Part shown: positions 51,177 through 60,587 of the stretch, in pieces
Position numbering within the stretch: the first letter of the stretch is position 1
Layout of the letters: each line of letters opens with the position of its first letter
Assembly: GCA_029258885.1 (NCBI GenBank)
Contig: JAPDJW010000009.1
Span: 96,001 to 160,000, forward strand
DNA: 64,000 nucleotides
Source: Thermoproteota archaeon
GTDB taxonomy: Archaea > Thermoproteota > Thermoprotei > Thermofilales > B9-G17
Direction of reading: 5' to 3'
Notes under the pieces: model-generated
Seen by the model: only the letters and a program-made list of their open reading frames with translations
Told to the model about the DNA's origin: nothing
The model's database searches: none
Translations under genes and position numbers: made by a program

Positions 51177-52334
51177 TTGAGGGTTATGCGGGAAGCTATT
51201 CTCGTTAGATATGGTGAAATAACTATCAAGTCAAAGCCCGTGAGAAGACGTATGGAGAACACACTTCTAGATAACATTAAGTTTATGCTGGAACGCTATG
51301 GAGTTGAAGCGGAGCTTAAGCTAGCCTCAGGGAGGATATTCATATATACAAGCAATAGAAAGGAGGCGCTTAAAGCTTTATCCTTCGTGTTCGGTATAGT
51401 CTCCTTCAGTCCAGCTATCGAGGTAGGTAATGAATATAGTGAGCTTGTAAGAACAGCTGTAGACTACGCTAAAAAGTTCCTAGAGCCTGGGGATAGGTTT
51501 GCGGTTAGAGCTAGGAGGGTTAAAACACTACCCTATACAAGCAAGGATATTGAAAAGGATGTTGGAAGGTCAATATTGGAGGAGGTTGATGGAGTATCTG
51601 TCGACTTAGAGGAACCGGATAAGGTAATATATGTTGAGGCTAGGACAAACAAGGCATACATATTTACTGAAGTGTATGTTGGCCCTGGAGGCCTACCCTA
51701 TGGCGTCGAGGGCAAGGTGGTAGCGCTTATCTCAGGAGGAGTGGACAGCGCTCTAGCATCCTACCTAATGATGAGGAGAGGATGCGAGGTTGTACCCATA
51801 CATTTCGACATGACGCCTTTCTATAGCATTGAGGCAAGGGAGAGGTTTAACCGTGTAATAGAGTGGCTTAGAAGATATGTGCCACGTAGGGAGTGGAGAG
51901 TATACATAGTGCCTTTAGGAGAGATTCATATGAAGGCCGATGATATAGAGCCCAGCCTAAGGTGCATCTTCTGCAAAACGATGATGTTGAAGATAGCTGA
52001 GAGAATAGCGTTAAACGAGTCGGCCGAAGCAATAGTAACTGGTGATAGTCTGGGGCAGGTAGCTACCCAGACGCTATCAAACATGGTTTTTCTAACTAAG
52101 AGAGTTAAAGTTCCCATATTGAGGCCGCTAGTAGGCTTAGGTAAGGATGATATAGTGAAGATGGCTAGGAGGATAGGTCTAGCCGAGGTAGCAGATGTAA
52201 AAGTACCCCCATGTAAGTTGATACCACAACATCCAAAGACGAGGGCTAGGGAGGAATATGAGGATATATTCTCCAAATACTACAGTCTAGTGGACTATGC
52301 CTTATCAAATAGCAAGGTGAAAGTAATCAGCTGA
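51177..52334 (+). CDS. thiI: tRNA 4-thiouridine synthase ThiI (THUMP + PP-loop, no rhodanese domain)
   Basis: LVRYGEITIKS, FAVRARR, LISGGVDS, CIFCK, VTGDSLGQVATQTL and LRPLVG motifs. Confidence 0.93.
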   Translation: MRVMREAILVRYGEITIKSKPVRRRMENTLLDNIKFMLERYGVEAELKLASGRIFIYTSNRKEALKALSFVFGIVSFSPAIEVGNEYSELVRTAVDYAKKFLEPGDRFAVRARRVKTLPYTSKDIEKDVGRSILEEVDGVSVDLEEPDKVIYVEARTNKAYIFTEVYVGPGGLPYGVEGKVVALISGGVDSALASYLMMRRGCEVVPIHFDMTPFYSIEARERFNRVIEWLRRYVPRREWRVYIVPLGEIHMKADDIEPSLRCIFCKTMMLKIAERIALNESAEAIVTGDSLGQVATQTLSNMVFLTKRVKVPILRPLVGLGKDDIVKMARRIGLAEVADVKVPPCKLIPQHPKTRAREEYEDIFSKYYSLVDYALSNSKVKVIS

Positions 52335-52341
52335 AGATAGC

Positions 52342-52394
52342 GTAAACCGTCTGTAAACTACTCAAGTTTACGATATCGTAAACCTACCGTAAAC
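52342..52394. repeat. Phased GTAAAC hexamer array around a perfect 18-bp palindrome
   Basis: GTAAAC at 52342, 52353, 52378 and 52389 (11-bp spacing within pairs) and inverted at 52366. GTTTACGATATCGTAAAC (52366-52383) is a perfect palindrome. Confidence 0.8.
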
Positions 52395-52547
52395 TTTTAG
52401 TACGCAGGGTTTCCGGTTCTCTTTCTGCACGTTTCACCAATCCCCATCTAGTATTTCATTAAGTTTTTAACTACAACTCATCTCAACATATCGATTTCAC
52501 AGGCGATAAGCGAAACAGGAATATAATCATAGTCAAGGTATATAGAT

Positions 52548-53108
52548 ATGGTGTTTCAAATGATTGAGGTAGATGTTGAGGAAGCATACCTGCTACTACA
52601 TCCAAGGCCGGTAGTACTAGTGGTATCACTTAGGGAGGATGGCTCACCGAACGTTATGGCATGTAGCTGGATAACACCAGTAAGCGAGGAGCCACCGTAT
52701 ATAGCGTTAGCCATGTGGAGGGAGAACTACAGCTATCAGCTAATAATGAGGAACAAGGAGTTCACAGTAAATATTCCTGGATACGAACACGTCAATCAAG
52801 TATGGATGGCTGGAACAAGGAGCGGCAGAAAAGTAGATAAGGCGAAAATATTAGGCTTCAAGTTCATTAAATCATCCAAATTAAAGACGCCCTACATAGA
52901 TGGATGCCTAGCATACCTAGGATGCAGGCTAGACAAGACGGTAGACATAGGGGAGATATCCCTAATGATAGCGGAAATAGTGGAGGCAAAGGCAAGAAAA
53001 GACCTACTAGTAAGGGGGAAATGGAACCTAAAGAAAGCTAAAGTACTCCAGCACCTGGGAGGGAAAGTATTCACCTATAGCGAAAAAACTTTATGGCCAA
53101 GCAAATAG
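52548..53108 (+). CDS. Flavin reductase-like family protein
   Basis: LLHPRPVVLVVS, NVMACSWITPVS, KEFTVNIP and AGTRSGRKVDK motifs. Confidence 0.88.
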   Translation: MVFQMIEVDVEEAYLLLHPRPVVLVVSLREDGSPNVMACSWITPVSEEPPYIALAMWRENYSYQLIMRNKEFTVNIPGYEHVNQVWMAGTRSGRKVDKAKILGFKFIKSSKLKTPYIDGCLAYLGCRLDKTVDIGEISLMIAEIVEAKARKDLLVRGKWNLKKAKVLQHLGGKVFTYSEKTLWPSK

Positions 53109-53143
53109 CTGATTTTCTGAAATGAATTTAAAAGTCCAATCGC

Positions 53144-54985
53144 TTAGCTGAGGATTCTATTAGCCTTGAAGAGTCTAGTATAAGCTTTAATTTTTCTCAG
53201 TAGTATGCCTGCTATAGGACATACTTTAATACATTTTTCGCATTTAGAGCATTTATCTAGGTTTATTTGAAGATTTCTTCCCCTAAGGCTAATGCTTTTA
53301 TTAGTACACACTTCTAGGCAGGCTCTGCATTGGATGCAGTAGTTGGCCATCCCATAGGCCTGTACTATTTTAGCTAAGAGTATTGGTAGGTATTTGGAGG
53401 ATCCCATTATCTCTATTTTATTGCCCACCAACATTCCCTTGCATTTTCTATATGAAAGCTTATCTCCTCTAATCTCAACTTTAAGTATATTGAGTATATC
53501 TCTAAATGATTCGGAGGGAGCACTTCTAAAGATTATAATTATTTCTCCCTTAGAGATTTTCAGGGAGAATATTTCTTCAATGCTTCTTTCAACTACCTTA
53601 GCCAGGTTTAAGCCTGTCCTTCTAGCGGTTTGCCATGCGTGAGGAGGATGCTTACACAGCCATCTCCATAAACCGTAGTCGATCCATCTTGAATCGATAT
53701 TCCTCTCTCTACAGTGTTTTCTCAGTTTTTCAAGCCACCATCTATACTGTTGCCCATAAAACTCCTCTATCCTTCTGAAATCTACCATATGCAGTGTGGG
53801 ACACATAAAGCACCCGATACGCGGTAGCCCCTTCGAGTAGAGTGGATTAACCTCGATCTTATTTAAGTAGAGATATGCGTATACGTCAAGCGTGGTCCAG
53901 TCGAGTATAGGCGACATAATGTACTTAGCTTTACCGGGAATATTCGATTTAGCGAAGTATCCTGCACGAGCTCTCTTAGGCGACTCGTACTTCCTCTGAC
54001 CAGTAATAGACACTACATCCTCTAGCGGATATCTCTTTTTAAGGAAGCTATTTAATGGGAGTATCTTAAGAACTAGAGTACACCACCTGTTATCTCTAGC
54101 GGGAGGACCATGTCTTCTAAATATTTCCTCGAAAAACCTCCAGTTTGCATATACTTCATGTAGCTCAGCTCCTATCCTCGCCCCTATACGTCTAGAGTAT
54201 TCAAGGGACATAGTAAACTCCAGTCCAGTATTACTTAAGACAGCCTCACATATCCCTGCCTCATACGCGATGGATAAAACCGTAGTACTATCTTTCCCGC
54301 CCGAAAAATTTACGATAGGTTTTATCCCTCCTTTAGAACAGTATTTCTCGATTAGTTTAAGGGATTTCTCCTTAAGAAACTCAACCCTACTCGAGAGATG
54401 TTTAAAAATCTCCGTAATGCTTCTCCCTACAGGCCGCTCTATCCGCTCCTTAGGCCACACTTCCTCTACAACTATATTTCTTCCAGATAAATGGAGAATA
54501 CCGAAGGTTTTCCTAGCGGTAAAGGGCACGTATGCCTCTCCTTCAGGCAGATTCCCTTCTACGATGTCCACCCTACTTAGATATCTCCCTCTAGGATAAT
54601 CGTCCTTAAGTTCAACGTAATACCCAAGCTTTTCCTCAGCTATGAGCCCCGCTACTCTACCCCAAGGCTTAACGATAAAATCCCTTCTAACACAATCATA
54701 TTCAACTACTAAACCCTTCTCTCCCGTAATAACGACCTCATCAACGGAGTCCAAGTGATAGACTCTATTAAGTAGGATGGGGTCTACGAGAACTTTACTA
54801 TAATCACTAATTCCAAGCTTTTCCCTTAAGAGCCTCCTTAACAGCTCTACATCACATGGAAAAGCTGGCCTCGGATCATAGGGTGGACTAACATTAACTG
54901 GTAAAGTTTTCTCACCACATAAAGGACAATAACTGGAGAAAACAGGCAAATTACAGCTTCGACACCACTTCAACTCCAGTTCCAC
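53144..54985 (-). CDS. PAPS-reductase-family PP-loop protein with N-terminal Zn ribbon and C-terminal 2x[4Fe-4S]
   Basis: CRSC...CPLCG, NFSGGKDS, RWCTLVLK, TGQRKYES, RIGCFMCP and CIQCRACLEVC...CSKCEKCIKVCP. Confidence 0.85.
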   Translation of the reverse strand: MELELKWCRSCNLPVFSSYCPLCGEKTLPVNVSPPYDPRPAFPCDVELLRRLLREKLGISDYSKVLVDPILLNRVYHLDSVDEVVITGEKGLVVEYDCVRRDFIVKPWGRVAGLIAEEKLGYYVELKDDYPRGRYLSRVDIVEGNLPEGEAYVPFTARKTFGILHLSGRNIVVEEVWPKERIERPVGRSITEIFKHLSSRVEFLKEKSLKLIEKYCSKGGIKPIVNFSGGKDSTTVLSIAYEAGICEAVLSNTGLEFTMSLEYSRRIGARIGAELHEVYANWRFFEEIFRRHGPPARDNRWCTLVLKILPLNSFLKKRYPLEDVVSITGQRKYESPKRARAGYFAKSNIPGKAKYIMSPILDWTTLDVYAYLYLNKIEVNPLYSKGLPRIGCFMCPTLHMVDFRRIEEFYGQQYRWWLEKLRKHCRERNIDSRWIDYGLWRWLCKHPPHAWQTARRTGLNLAKVVERSIEEIFSLKISKGEIIIIFRSAPSESFRDILNILKVEIRGDKLSYRKCKGMLVGNKIEIMGSSKYLPILLAKIVQAYGMANYCIQCRACLEVCTNKSISLRGRNLQINLDKCSKCEKCIKVCPIAGILLRKIKAYTRLFKANRILS

Positions 54986-55211
54986 AAAAACCCCTCTTAA
55001 GCCTGAGAGTAGAATATATCCTATGTATCGATGACCTCCGTATCTTTTGTAATATTTCCTAAATAAGCTAGATTAGTTTTACTCTAGGAAGAACAGTATT
55101 TTCATAGAATTTCCATTCCCATACATTTTAGGTAGACTTTACCTAGATAGTTGTCACAAAATTACCTATGAAATTTGCCTAGAAGGTTATGCGACAGCTG
55201 TTGGATGAAAC

Positions 55212-56477
55212 TTAAATCCATCCTCTGAGCTTCATTGCCTCAACAACCCTGGATACAGCTATAGCGTATGCAGCTGTTCTCATAGGTTCATCACTGTACT
55301 TGCTTGTCCACTCACTATAGACGGTGTCGAAGTTCATACTCATTTTCTCGTCGAGGCGCTTAAGTGCGTCCTCATCCTTAAGCCAGCAGCCCATTTTATT
55401 GTGACACCACTCAATCCAGCTCATAATTACTCCGCCAGCGTTAGCCAGTATATCCGGTATATCCACAACTCCCTTTTCCTTAAGGATGATGTCTGCTTCA
55501 GGTGTAACCGGCCCATTAGCTCCCTCCGAGATTATCTTAGCCTTAATTCTGTCGGCGTTTTCCTCGGTAATTACGTTCTCTATTGCTGCTGGAATGAGAA
55601 TATCGACATCCAGCTCCAGCAGCTCCCTATTTGAAATTTTCCTCCCTTCAGGATAATTTATAACGCTCCTAGTTTTCTCCTTAACCTCAACAAGTCTGTT
55701 AAAGTTCAGCCCATCAGGGTTGTATATCCCTCCCTTACTGTCGCTCACTGCAATGACCTTGGCGCCCCACTCAATAGCGTAATACATAGCCCATCTTCCC
55801 ACGTTACCGAATCCCTGAATAGCTACAGTTTTGCCCTCAAATCCGCCTAAAACCTTCTTAGCGGCCTCTCTAGCAACCAATGCAACCCCGTATCCAGTGC
55901 TAGTAATCCTAGTCTTCAAACCCCCCAGCAGATATGGCTTAGCGGTAACAACCCCCCAGTCGTCGTATCCTACAATCTTACTATACTCATCGAGGAACCA
56001 CGCCATAACCTGAGGATCCGTATAGACGTCAGGAGCAGGTATATCGATATCGCTTCCAACGAACCTAGCTATAGCCCTAAAATATCCTCTAGACAGCTCC
56101 TCCAGCTCCCTCCTCGATAACGCCTTAGGATTAACCCTAACTCCACCCTTACCTCCGCCATAGGGTAATCCAGCTAAAGCGTTCTTCCAAGTCATCCACA
56201 TTGATAAAGCCACAACCTCTCCCACTGTAACTTCGGGATGGTACCTCACGCCGCCCTTATAGGGTCCAAGGGCACTATTATGCTGACTCCTCCATCCAAG
56301 GAAAACCCTTATAGAGCCATCATCCATTTTAACTGGAATCTTAACTTGAATAAGCCGCTCGGGATGCATAAGCGCCTCGACAACCTCATCCTCAAGCCCC
56401 AGAATTCTGGCAACATTCCTAAGCTGTCTAACAGCCATACGGTAAACTTTCTCATCCATATATGGGGCATAACCCAT
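55212..56477 (-). CDS. gdhA: Glutamate dehydrogenase (Glu/Leu/Phe/Val family)
   Basis: GPYKGGVRYHP, MTWKN, YGGGKGG, DIPAPDV, IQGFGNVG, EGANGP and PDILANAGGV motifs. Confidence 0.95.
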   Translation of the reverse strand: MGYAPYMDEKVYRMAVRQLRNVARILGLEDEVVEALMHPERLIQVKIPVKMDDGSIRVFLGWRSQHNSALGPYKGGVRYHPEVTVGEVVALSMWMTWKNALAGLPYGGGKGGVRVNPKALSRRELEELSRGYFRAIARFVGSDIDIPAPDVYTDPQVMAWFLDEYSKIVGYDDWGVVTAKPYLLGGLKTRITSTGYGVALVAREAAKKVLGGFEGKTVAIQGFGNVGRWAMYYAIEWGAKVIAVSDSKGGIYNPDGLNFNRLVEVKEKTRSVINYPEGRKISNRELLELDVDILIPAAIENVITEENADRIKAKIISEGANGPVTPEADIILKEKGVVDIPDILANAGGVIMSWIEWCHNKMGCWLKDEDALKRLDEKMSMNFDTVYSEWTSKYSDEPMRTAAYAIAVSRVVEAMKLRGWI

Positions 56478-56512
56478 ATGGACACCTGAGAATGTAAAAA
56501 CCTTAAGGATAT

Positions 56513-56680
56513 TTATCTTCTGCCATATATCATGTAGTTATAGAGTTGCCTCAGGTAGTTCCTTAAGCCTTGAATCTCCTTCTCTAAATTTGCTACCCTC
56601 TGCTCGAGGAGGACGATCCTCTCTCTAAGCTCAATGTAGTTCCTCCTAAGCTCCCTAATTTCCTCACTTGACATGCTCAT
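56513..56680 (-). CDS. Small 55-aa coiled-coil protein (not in ORF track)
   Basis: MSMSSEEIRELRRNYIELRERIVLLEQRVANLEKEIQGLRNYLRQLYNYMIYGRR: heptad Leu pattern, AGG/GAG codon usage like neighbours, and it fills the gap upstream of gdhA. Confidence 0.75.
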   Translation of the reverse strand: MSMSSEEIRELRRNYIELRERIVLLEQRVANLEKEIQGLRNYLRQLYNYMIYGRR

Positions 56681-56725
56681 CGCCAAGTTTTAAATAAGTA
56701 TTTTATCGATAAAAATTTTAGTATT

Positions 56726-57199
56726 TTAAGTAGGCGGTGGAGGAGGTTGCATCCTATATATCAATCCAGTTATCTGAGTCTGCCACCACTCCGGATTACT
56801 AACACACTTCAAAACGATCTCATACACGTTTCTGCCACCCGTATCTATAAGCACGTCGCCATAGTTGAATATGCTCCCAGCAAGCCCTTTAACAACTTTA
56901 ACGCCAGTAACCTGGCTGAGAATAACGTCATCAATAGTCTTCCTAATGGATCCGCGGATAAGCCTAACCCTAAAATTTGTCAAAACGTAGGTAGTCCTAG
57001 TACGTGAGGCTTCAGCATAAATAACCGGAATTATTGAAGCAAGAGCTAGGGAAAGTGCAAGAAGCTCCTTTTCAGAGAAGAGGTATATTAGAATGGCTGA
57101 GGCAAGTAGGAGCACGGTCAGGATATAGTATGGAATGTACTTAGCCCTGGACGGGTGAGCCTTAGCTATAATCCGCTCGCCCTGATACAGATCCCTCAA
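56726..57199 (-). CDS. Membrane protein with bacterial PH domain (bPH_2) and C-terminal Pro5
   Basis: Two TM helices then YVLTNFRV...GSIFNYGDVLIDTGG, ending MQPPPPPT. Confidence 0.82.
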   Translation of the reverse strand: MRDLYQGERIIAKAHPSRAKYIPYYILTVLLLASAILIYLFSEKELLALSLALASIIPVIYAEASRTRTTYVLTNFRVRLIRGSIRKTIDDVILSQVTGVKVVKGLAGSIFNYGDVLIDTGGRNVYEIVLKCVSNPEWWQTQITGLIYRMQPPPPPT

Positions 57200-57424
57200 C
57201 TAATTCACCGTTATTTGAATTATTATTAATCCTAAATATTTTTAGGCATATAAAGGTAAGGCAAGGAGTAATACATTTGCTTAAACTAACGAAATATTTT
57301 AAGTATATAATTATATGATATGGCTTTACTATCTTTACATTTTGCTTAGGTAAACGGCAGATGGTTTAAAAGATATTTAAAGCTTATAACTATAGATACT
57401 TATATCGTTAGGCGAGTGATCTAA

Positions 57425-59149
57425 ATGGATATTTCAATAATTATTGGTGGTGAGGCTGGAGCTGGAGTAATGAGGAGCGGATATATTCTAGCTAGAGCCT
57501 TAGTTAGAGGAGGATTAAATGTATTCGGAATGAATGACTATCCTTCTCTAATAAGGGGTGGACACAATGCATACATGATCCATGCAAGCGATAAGAGGAT
57601 CCACGCCCATAGGGAGAACTTCGATATAGTGGTGGCGCTCAATGCCGAGACAATAACTAGATACGTTGATCAGCTAACAGAGAACGCAGCCATAATATAC
57701 GATCCAAAGGATAGAAGCTACGCTGAAAAACTATCCGATAAGGCATTGCTCGTAGAAATACCGATGATGGATATAGTTAAGGAGGAAAAGGCTAAGCCAG
57801 TTATGATGAATTCAGTGGCCATAGGGGCTGCAGCCGGACTAACGGAATACGACTACGAAATCCTGAAAAGCTCAATCCTAGACAGTTTCCCAAAGCCGGA
57901 GGTAGGAGAGATAAACGCTAGACTAGCGAAGAGAGGATACGATATAGCACTCGAGGAATATTCCTCAAAGTTCAAGATTAAAGTGGCTCCACTGGAGAAA
58001 GATGGGAAGCAGATATACTTGACGGGCAATGAAGCCGTGGCTCTTGGAGCCATGCAGGCCGGTATGAAATTCTACGCGGCATATCCCATGACTCCTGCTT
58101 CACCTATACTCCACTTCCTAGCACTACATGGCCCAAAATATGGTATAGTCGTGGTACAGCCTGAGAGTGAGATAGCTGCAATAAACATGGTTATAGGGGC
58201 AGCCTACGCCGGAGTAAGGGCAATGACTGCAACGTCGGGCGGCGGCTTCTCCCTAATGACTGAGGCGCTTGGACTAGCTGCTATGAGTGAAACGCCCATA
58301 GTTGTAGCAATAGCTCAGAGGGTTGGGCCAAGTACTGGCATGCCCACATATACGGCTCAGACAGATCTAATGTTTGTTTTAAACGCCTCACAGGGAGAGT
58401 TCCCGAGATTCGTTATAGCTCCTGGAGACGTCAAAGAGTGTTTCTATAGAACTATCGAGGCGTTTAACTTAGCTGAAAAGTTCCAGGTTCCAGCAATAAT
58501 ACTAATCGATAAATACCTAGCTGAAAGCCATATGTCAACAGAAATATTCGATACATCGAACATTAAGATAGATAGAGGCGAGCTGATAACTGGCGAATAT
58601 AAGGGCAAGGAATACAGGAGATACGAGGTAACAGAGACCGGTGTTTCTCCCAGAGCTATACCATCGACGAGAAACGCTATTGTTAAGGCGAATAGCTCCG
58701 AACACACCGAGTATGGGTATGCTTCAAGCAACGCTTTAAATGCAGTTAAGATGCAGGAGAAGAGGTTCAGGAAGCTGAAGTATATGATCATGGAGATGGA
58801 TAAGCTCAATCCCGCCATATACTATGGAGATCCCCAGGCCGAGCTGGTATTAATTGGATGGGGTTCAATCAAATGTCCGGTACTAGATGCACTGGAGATT
58901 TTGAAGAGCATGGATATTAGTGTAGGATTTCTACATTTCATATATTTATCTCCATTCCCCGCAAAATACGCGTTAAAGTACCTCAAGGATAGGAAGATAA
59001 TGCTCGTCGAAAACACGTATACCGGACAGCTTGCAAATCTACTTAAGATGCATACGGGGCTGACCGTTGACTATAAGGTGTTGAGATACGATGGCAGGCC
59101 AATTAATCCATCCCAGATAGTAGAGAAGGTTTTCGAGGTGATCAGGTGA
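57425..59149 (+). CDS. korA: 2-oxoacid:ferredoxin oxidoreductase alpha subunit (gamma-alpha fusion)
   Basis: IGGEAGAGV, YPSLIRGGHN, TGNEAVALGA, AAYPMTPAS, ESEIAA, TATSGGGFSLM and QRVGPSTGMPT. Substrate specificity not determinable. Confidence 0.9.
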   Translation: MDISIIIGGEAGAGVMRSGYILARALVRGGLNVFGMNDYPSLIRGGHNAYMIHASDKRIHAHRENFDIVVALNAETITRYVDQLTENAAIIYDPKDRSYAEKLSDKALLVEIPMMDIVKEEKAKPVMMNSVAIGAAAGLTEYDYEILKSSILDSFPKPEVGEINARLAKRGYDIALEEYSSKFKIKVAPLEKDGKQIYLTGNEAVALGAMQAGMKFYAAYPMTPASPILHFLALHGPKYGIVVVQPESEIAAINMVIGAAYAGVRAMTATSGGGFSLMTEALGLAAMSETPIVVAIAQRVGPSTGMPTYTAQTDLMFVLNASQGEFPRFVIAPGDVKECFYRTIEAFNLAEKFQVPAIILIDKYLAESHMSTEIFDTSNIKIDRGELITGEYKGKEYRRYEVTETGVSPRAIPSTRNAIVKANSSEHTEYGYASSNALNAVKMQEKRFRKLKYMIMEMDKLNPAIYYGDPQAELVLIGWGSIKCPVLDALEILKSMDISVGFLHFIYLSPFPAKYALKYLKDRKIMLVENTYTGQLANLLKMHTGLTVDYKVLRYDGRPINPSQIVEKVFEVIR

Positions 59150-59997
59150 TGGTAACCATGAATCAGTTGAATACGAAGGCTAGAAACACGTGGTGTCCAG
59201 GCTGCGGAAACTTCGCCATATTAACAGCTCTCAAGAAGGCAATTGTCGAGCTGGATCTTAAGCCTGAAAACGTCGTCGTAGTTACGGGAATAGGATGCCA
59301 TGGAAAACTTGGAGACTACATAAACGTAAACAGCTTCCACGTAATCCATGGAAGAGTATTGCCAGTAGCATCAGCCATAAAGCTGGCTAACTACGAGCTA
59401 ACAGTTATCGGACACGCTGGCGATGGAGATGCATATGCTATTGGTCTAGGCCATCTACCCCATGCAGCTAGGAGGAACGTAGATATAGTATATATAGTCC
59501 ACAACAACATGACCTTCGGATTAACTACTGGACAAGTTACCCCGACGACGCCCCGTGGATTAAAAACGAGATCTACTCCCTACGGAGTATTTGAGGACCC
59601 GATAAATCCAATAGCATTAGCCCTAGCCTGCGATGCAACGTTTGTTGCGCGTGGGTTCGCTGGAGATCTAAACCACTTAACATACCTAATTAAGGAGGCA
59701 ATTAAACATAGGGGATTTGCTTTCATAGATGTGCTACAGCCATGTGTAACCTTCTACAACACCTACCAGTTCTTCAGGGAGAGGACGTACAGGCTTGAAG
59801 ATGAGGGATGGGATCCAACGAATAAGGTTGAGGCATTTAAGAAGGCCTACGAGTGGGGGGATAGAATACCCATAGGAATATTCTATCGTGTTGAAAAGCC
59901 GACGTTTAGGGATTCGATACCAGGCTATCCTAAGCAGCCATTAGTTAAGGAAGATCTTAAGATAGACCTAACAGATTTACTTAATCTATTAACTTAA
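59146..59997 (+). CDS. korB: 2-oxoacid:ferredoxin oxidoreductase beta subunit
   Basis: WCPGCGNF, GIGCHG, HGRVLP, GDGDAYAIG, TFGLTTGQVTPT and LQPCVTF motifs. Confidence 0.92.
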   Translation: MMVTMNQLNTKARNTWCPGCGNFAILTALKKAIVELDLKPENVVVVTGIGCHGKLGDYINVNSFHVIHGRVLPVASAIKLANYELTVIGHAGDGDAYAIGLGHLPHAARRNVDIVYIVHNNMTFGLTTGQVTPTTPRGLKTRSTPYGVFEDPINPIALALACDATFVARGFAGDLNHLTYLIKEAIKHRGFAFIDVLQPCVTFYNTYQFFRERTYRLEDEGWDPTNKVEAFKKAYEWGDRIPIGIFYRVEKPTFRDSIPGYPKQPLVKEDLKIDLTDLLNLLT

Positions 59998-60050
59998 ACA
60001 AGTTATTTTCAAAGTTTAGACTTAAATATTAATAGGTTTTTAAATATTAT

Positions 60051-60587
60051 ATGTCGGACAGGCATAGAATACCGCTTTTCATAGGTTTCCTGATAACTAC
60101 GATAAATCAGGTATTTCTAGCTTCAATGTTCCTAGCTATGGTCTCGGTATACATTTACCCGTTAGGATGTATAGTTAGAGCTATCGGCTGGCTTATCCTA
60201 GGTGCCAAGGATAGGGCTTCAGCTATAGCATCAGGTCTAGCTATTCTATTCCTATTCCCTCTTGTCTATCTCTGTTTCCTTAAGCCCGAGTTAATATGGA
60301 GGACGCTTAGTATCGATAAAAGTAAGGTTGTGGGCTTTGCCCTCATCCTCTGGAGCATATATTCAACTATAGAACTAGTTAACTATATCCTCCTAGCCAG
60401 CTACACTAGGCTTTTTTATGTTTCAACGGTTAGCGCTATAAGTATAGTCTACGTAATAGCTAAGGTTCTCACCACAACAATTAAGCTAGAGAACTTGGGT
60501 GAATTATATCCAGCAGTATTTCCTCTCCTCATTTCAGCATTAGCTTCATGTATAGGCTCCCTAAAAATACACAATAGGAATGATTGA
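60051..60587 (+). CDS. Hypothetical membrane protein
   Basis: 178-aa ORF with about 5 hydrophobic segments; overlaps the next gene by 8 bp. Confidence 0.6.
   Translation: MSDRHRIPLFIGFLITTINQVFLASMFLAMVSVYIYPLGCIVRAIGWLILGAKDRASAIASGLAILFLFPLVYLCFLKPELIWRTLSIDKSKVVGFALILWSIYSTIELVNYILLASYTRLFYVSTVSAISIVYVIAKVLTTTIKLENLGELYPAVFPLLISALASCIGSLKIHNRND

Noticed and set aside
52342-52394. CRISPR mini-array or oriC interpretation of the GTAAAC cluster
   Set aside because: Repeats are only 6 bp with 5-7 bp gaps, there are no cas or cdc6 genes nearby, and there is no match to the TCCAGTGGAAAC ORB consensus.
55129-55145. TAGGTA-N5-TACCTA inverted repeat downstream of gdhA
   Set aside because: The 6-bp arms are too weak to support a call.
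8813-56746. Polyproline tracts as simple-sequence slippage repeats
   Set aside because: Each tract uses mixed Pro codons rather than a pure triplet repeat, arguing for protein-level selection.
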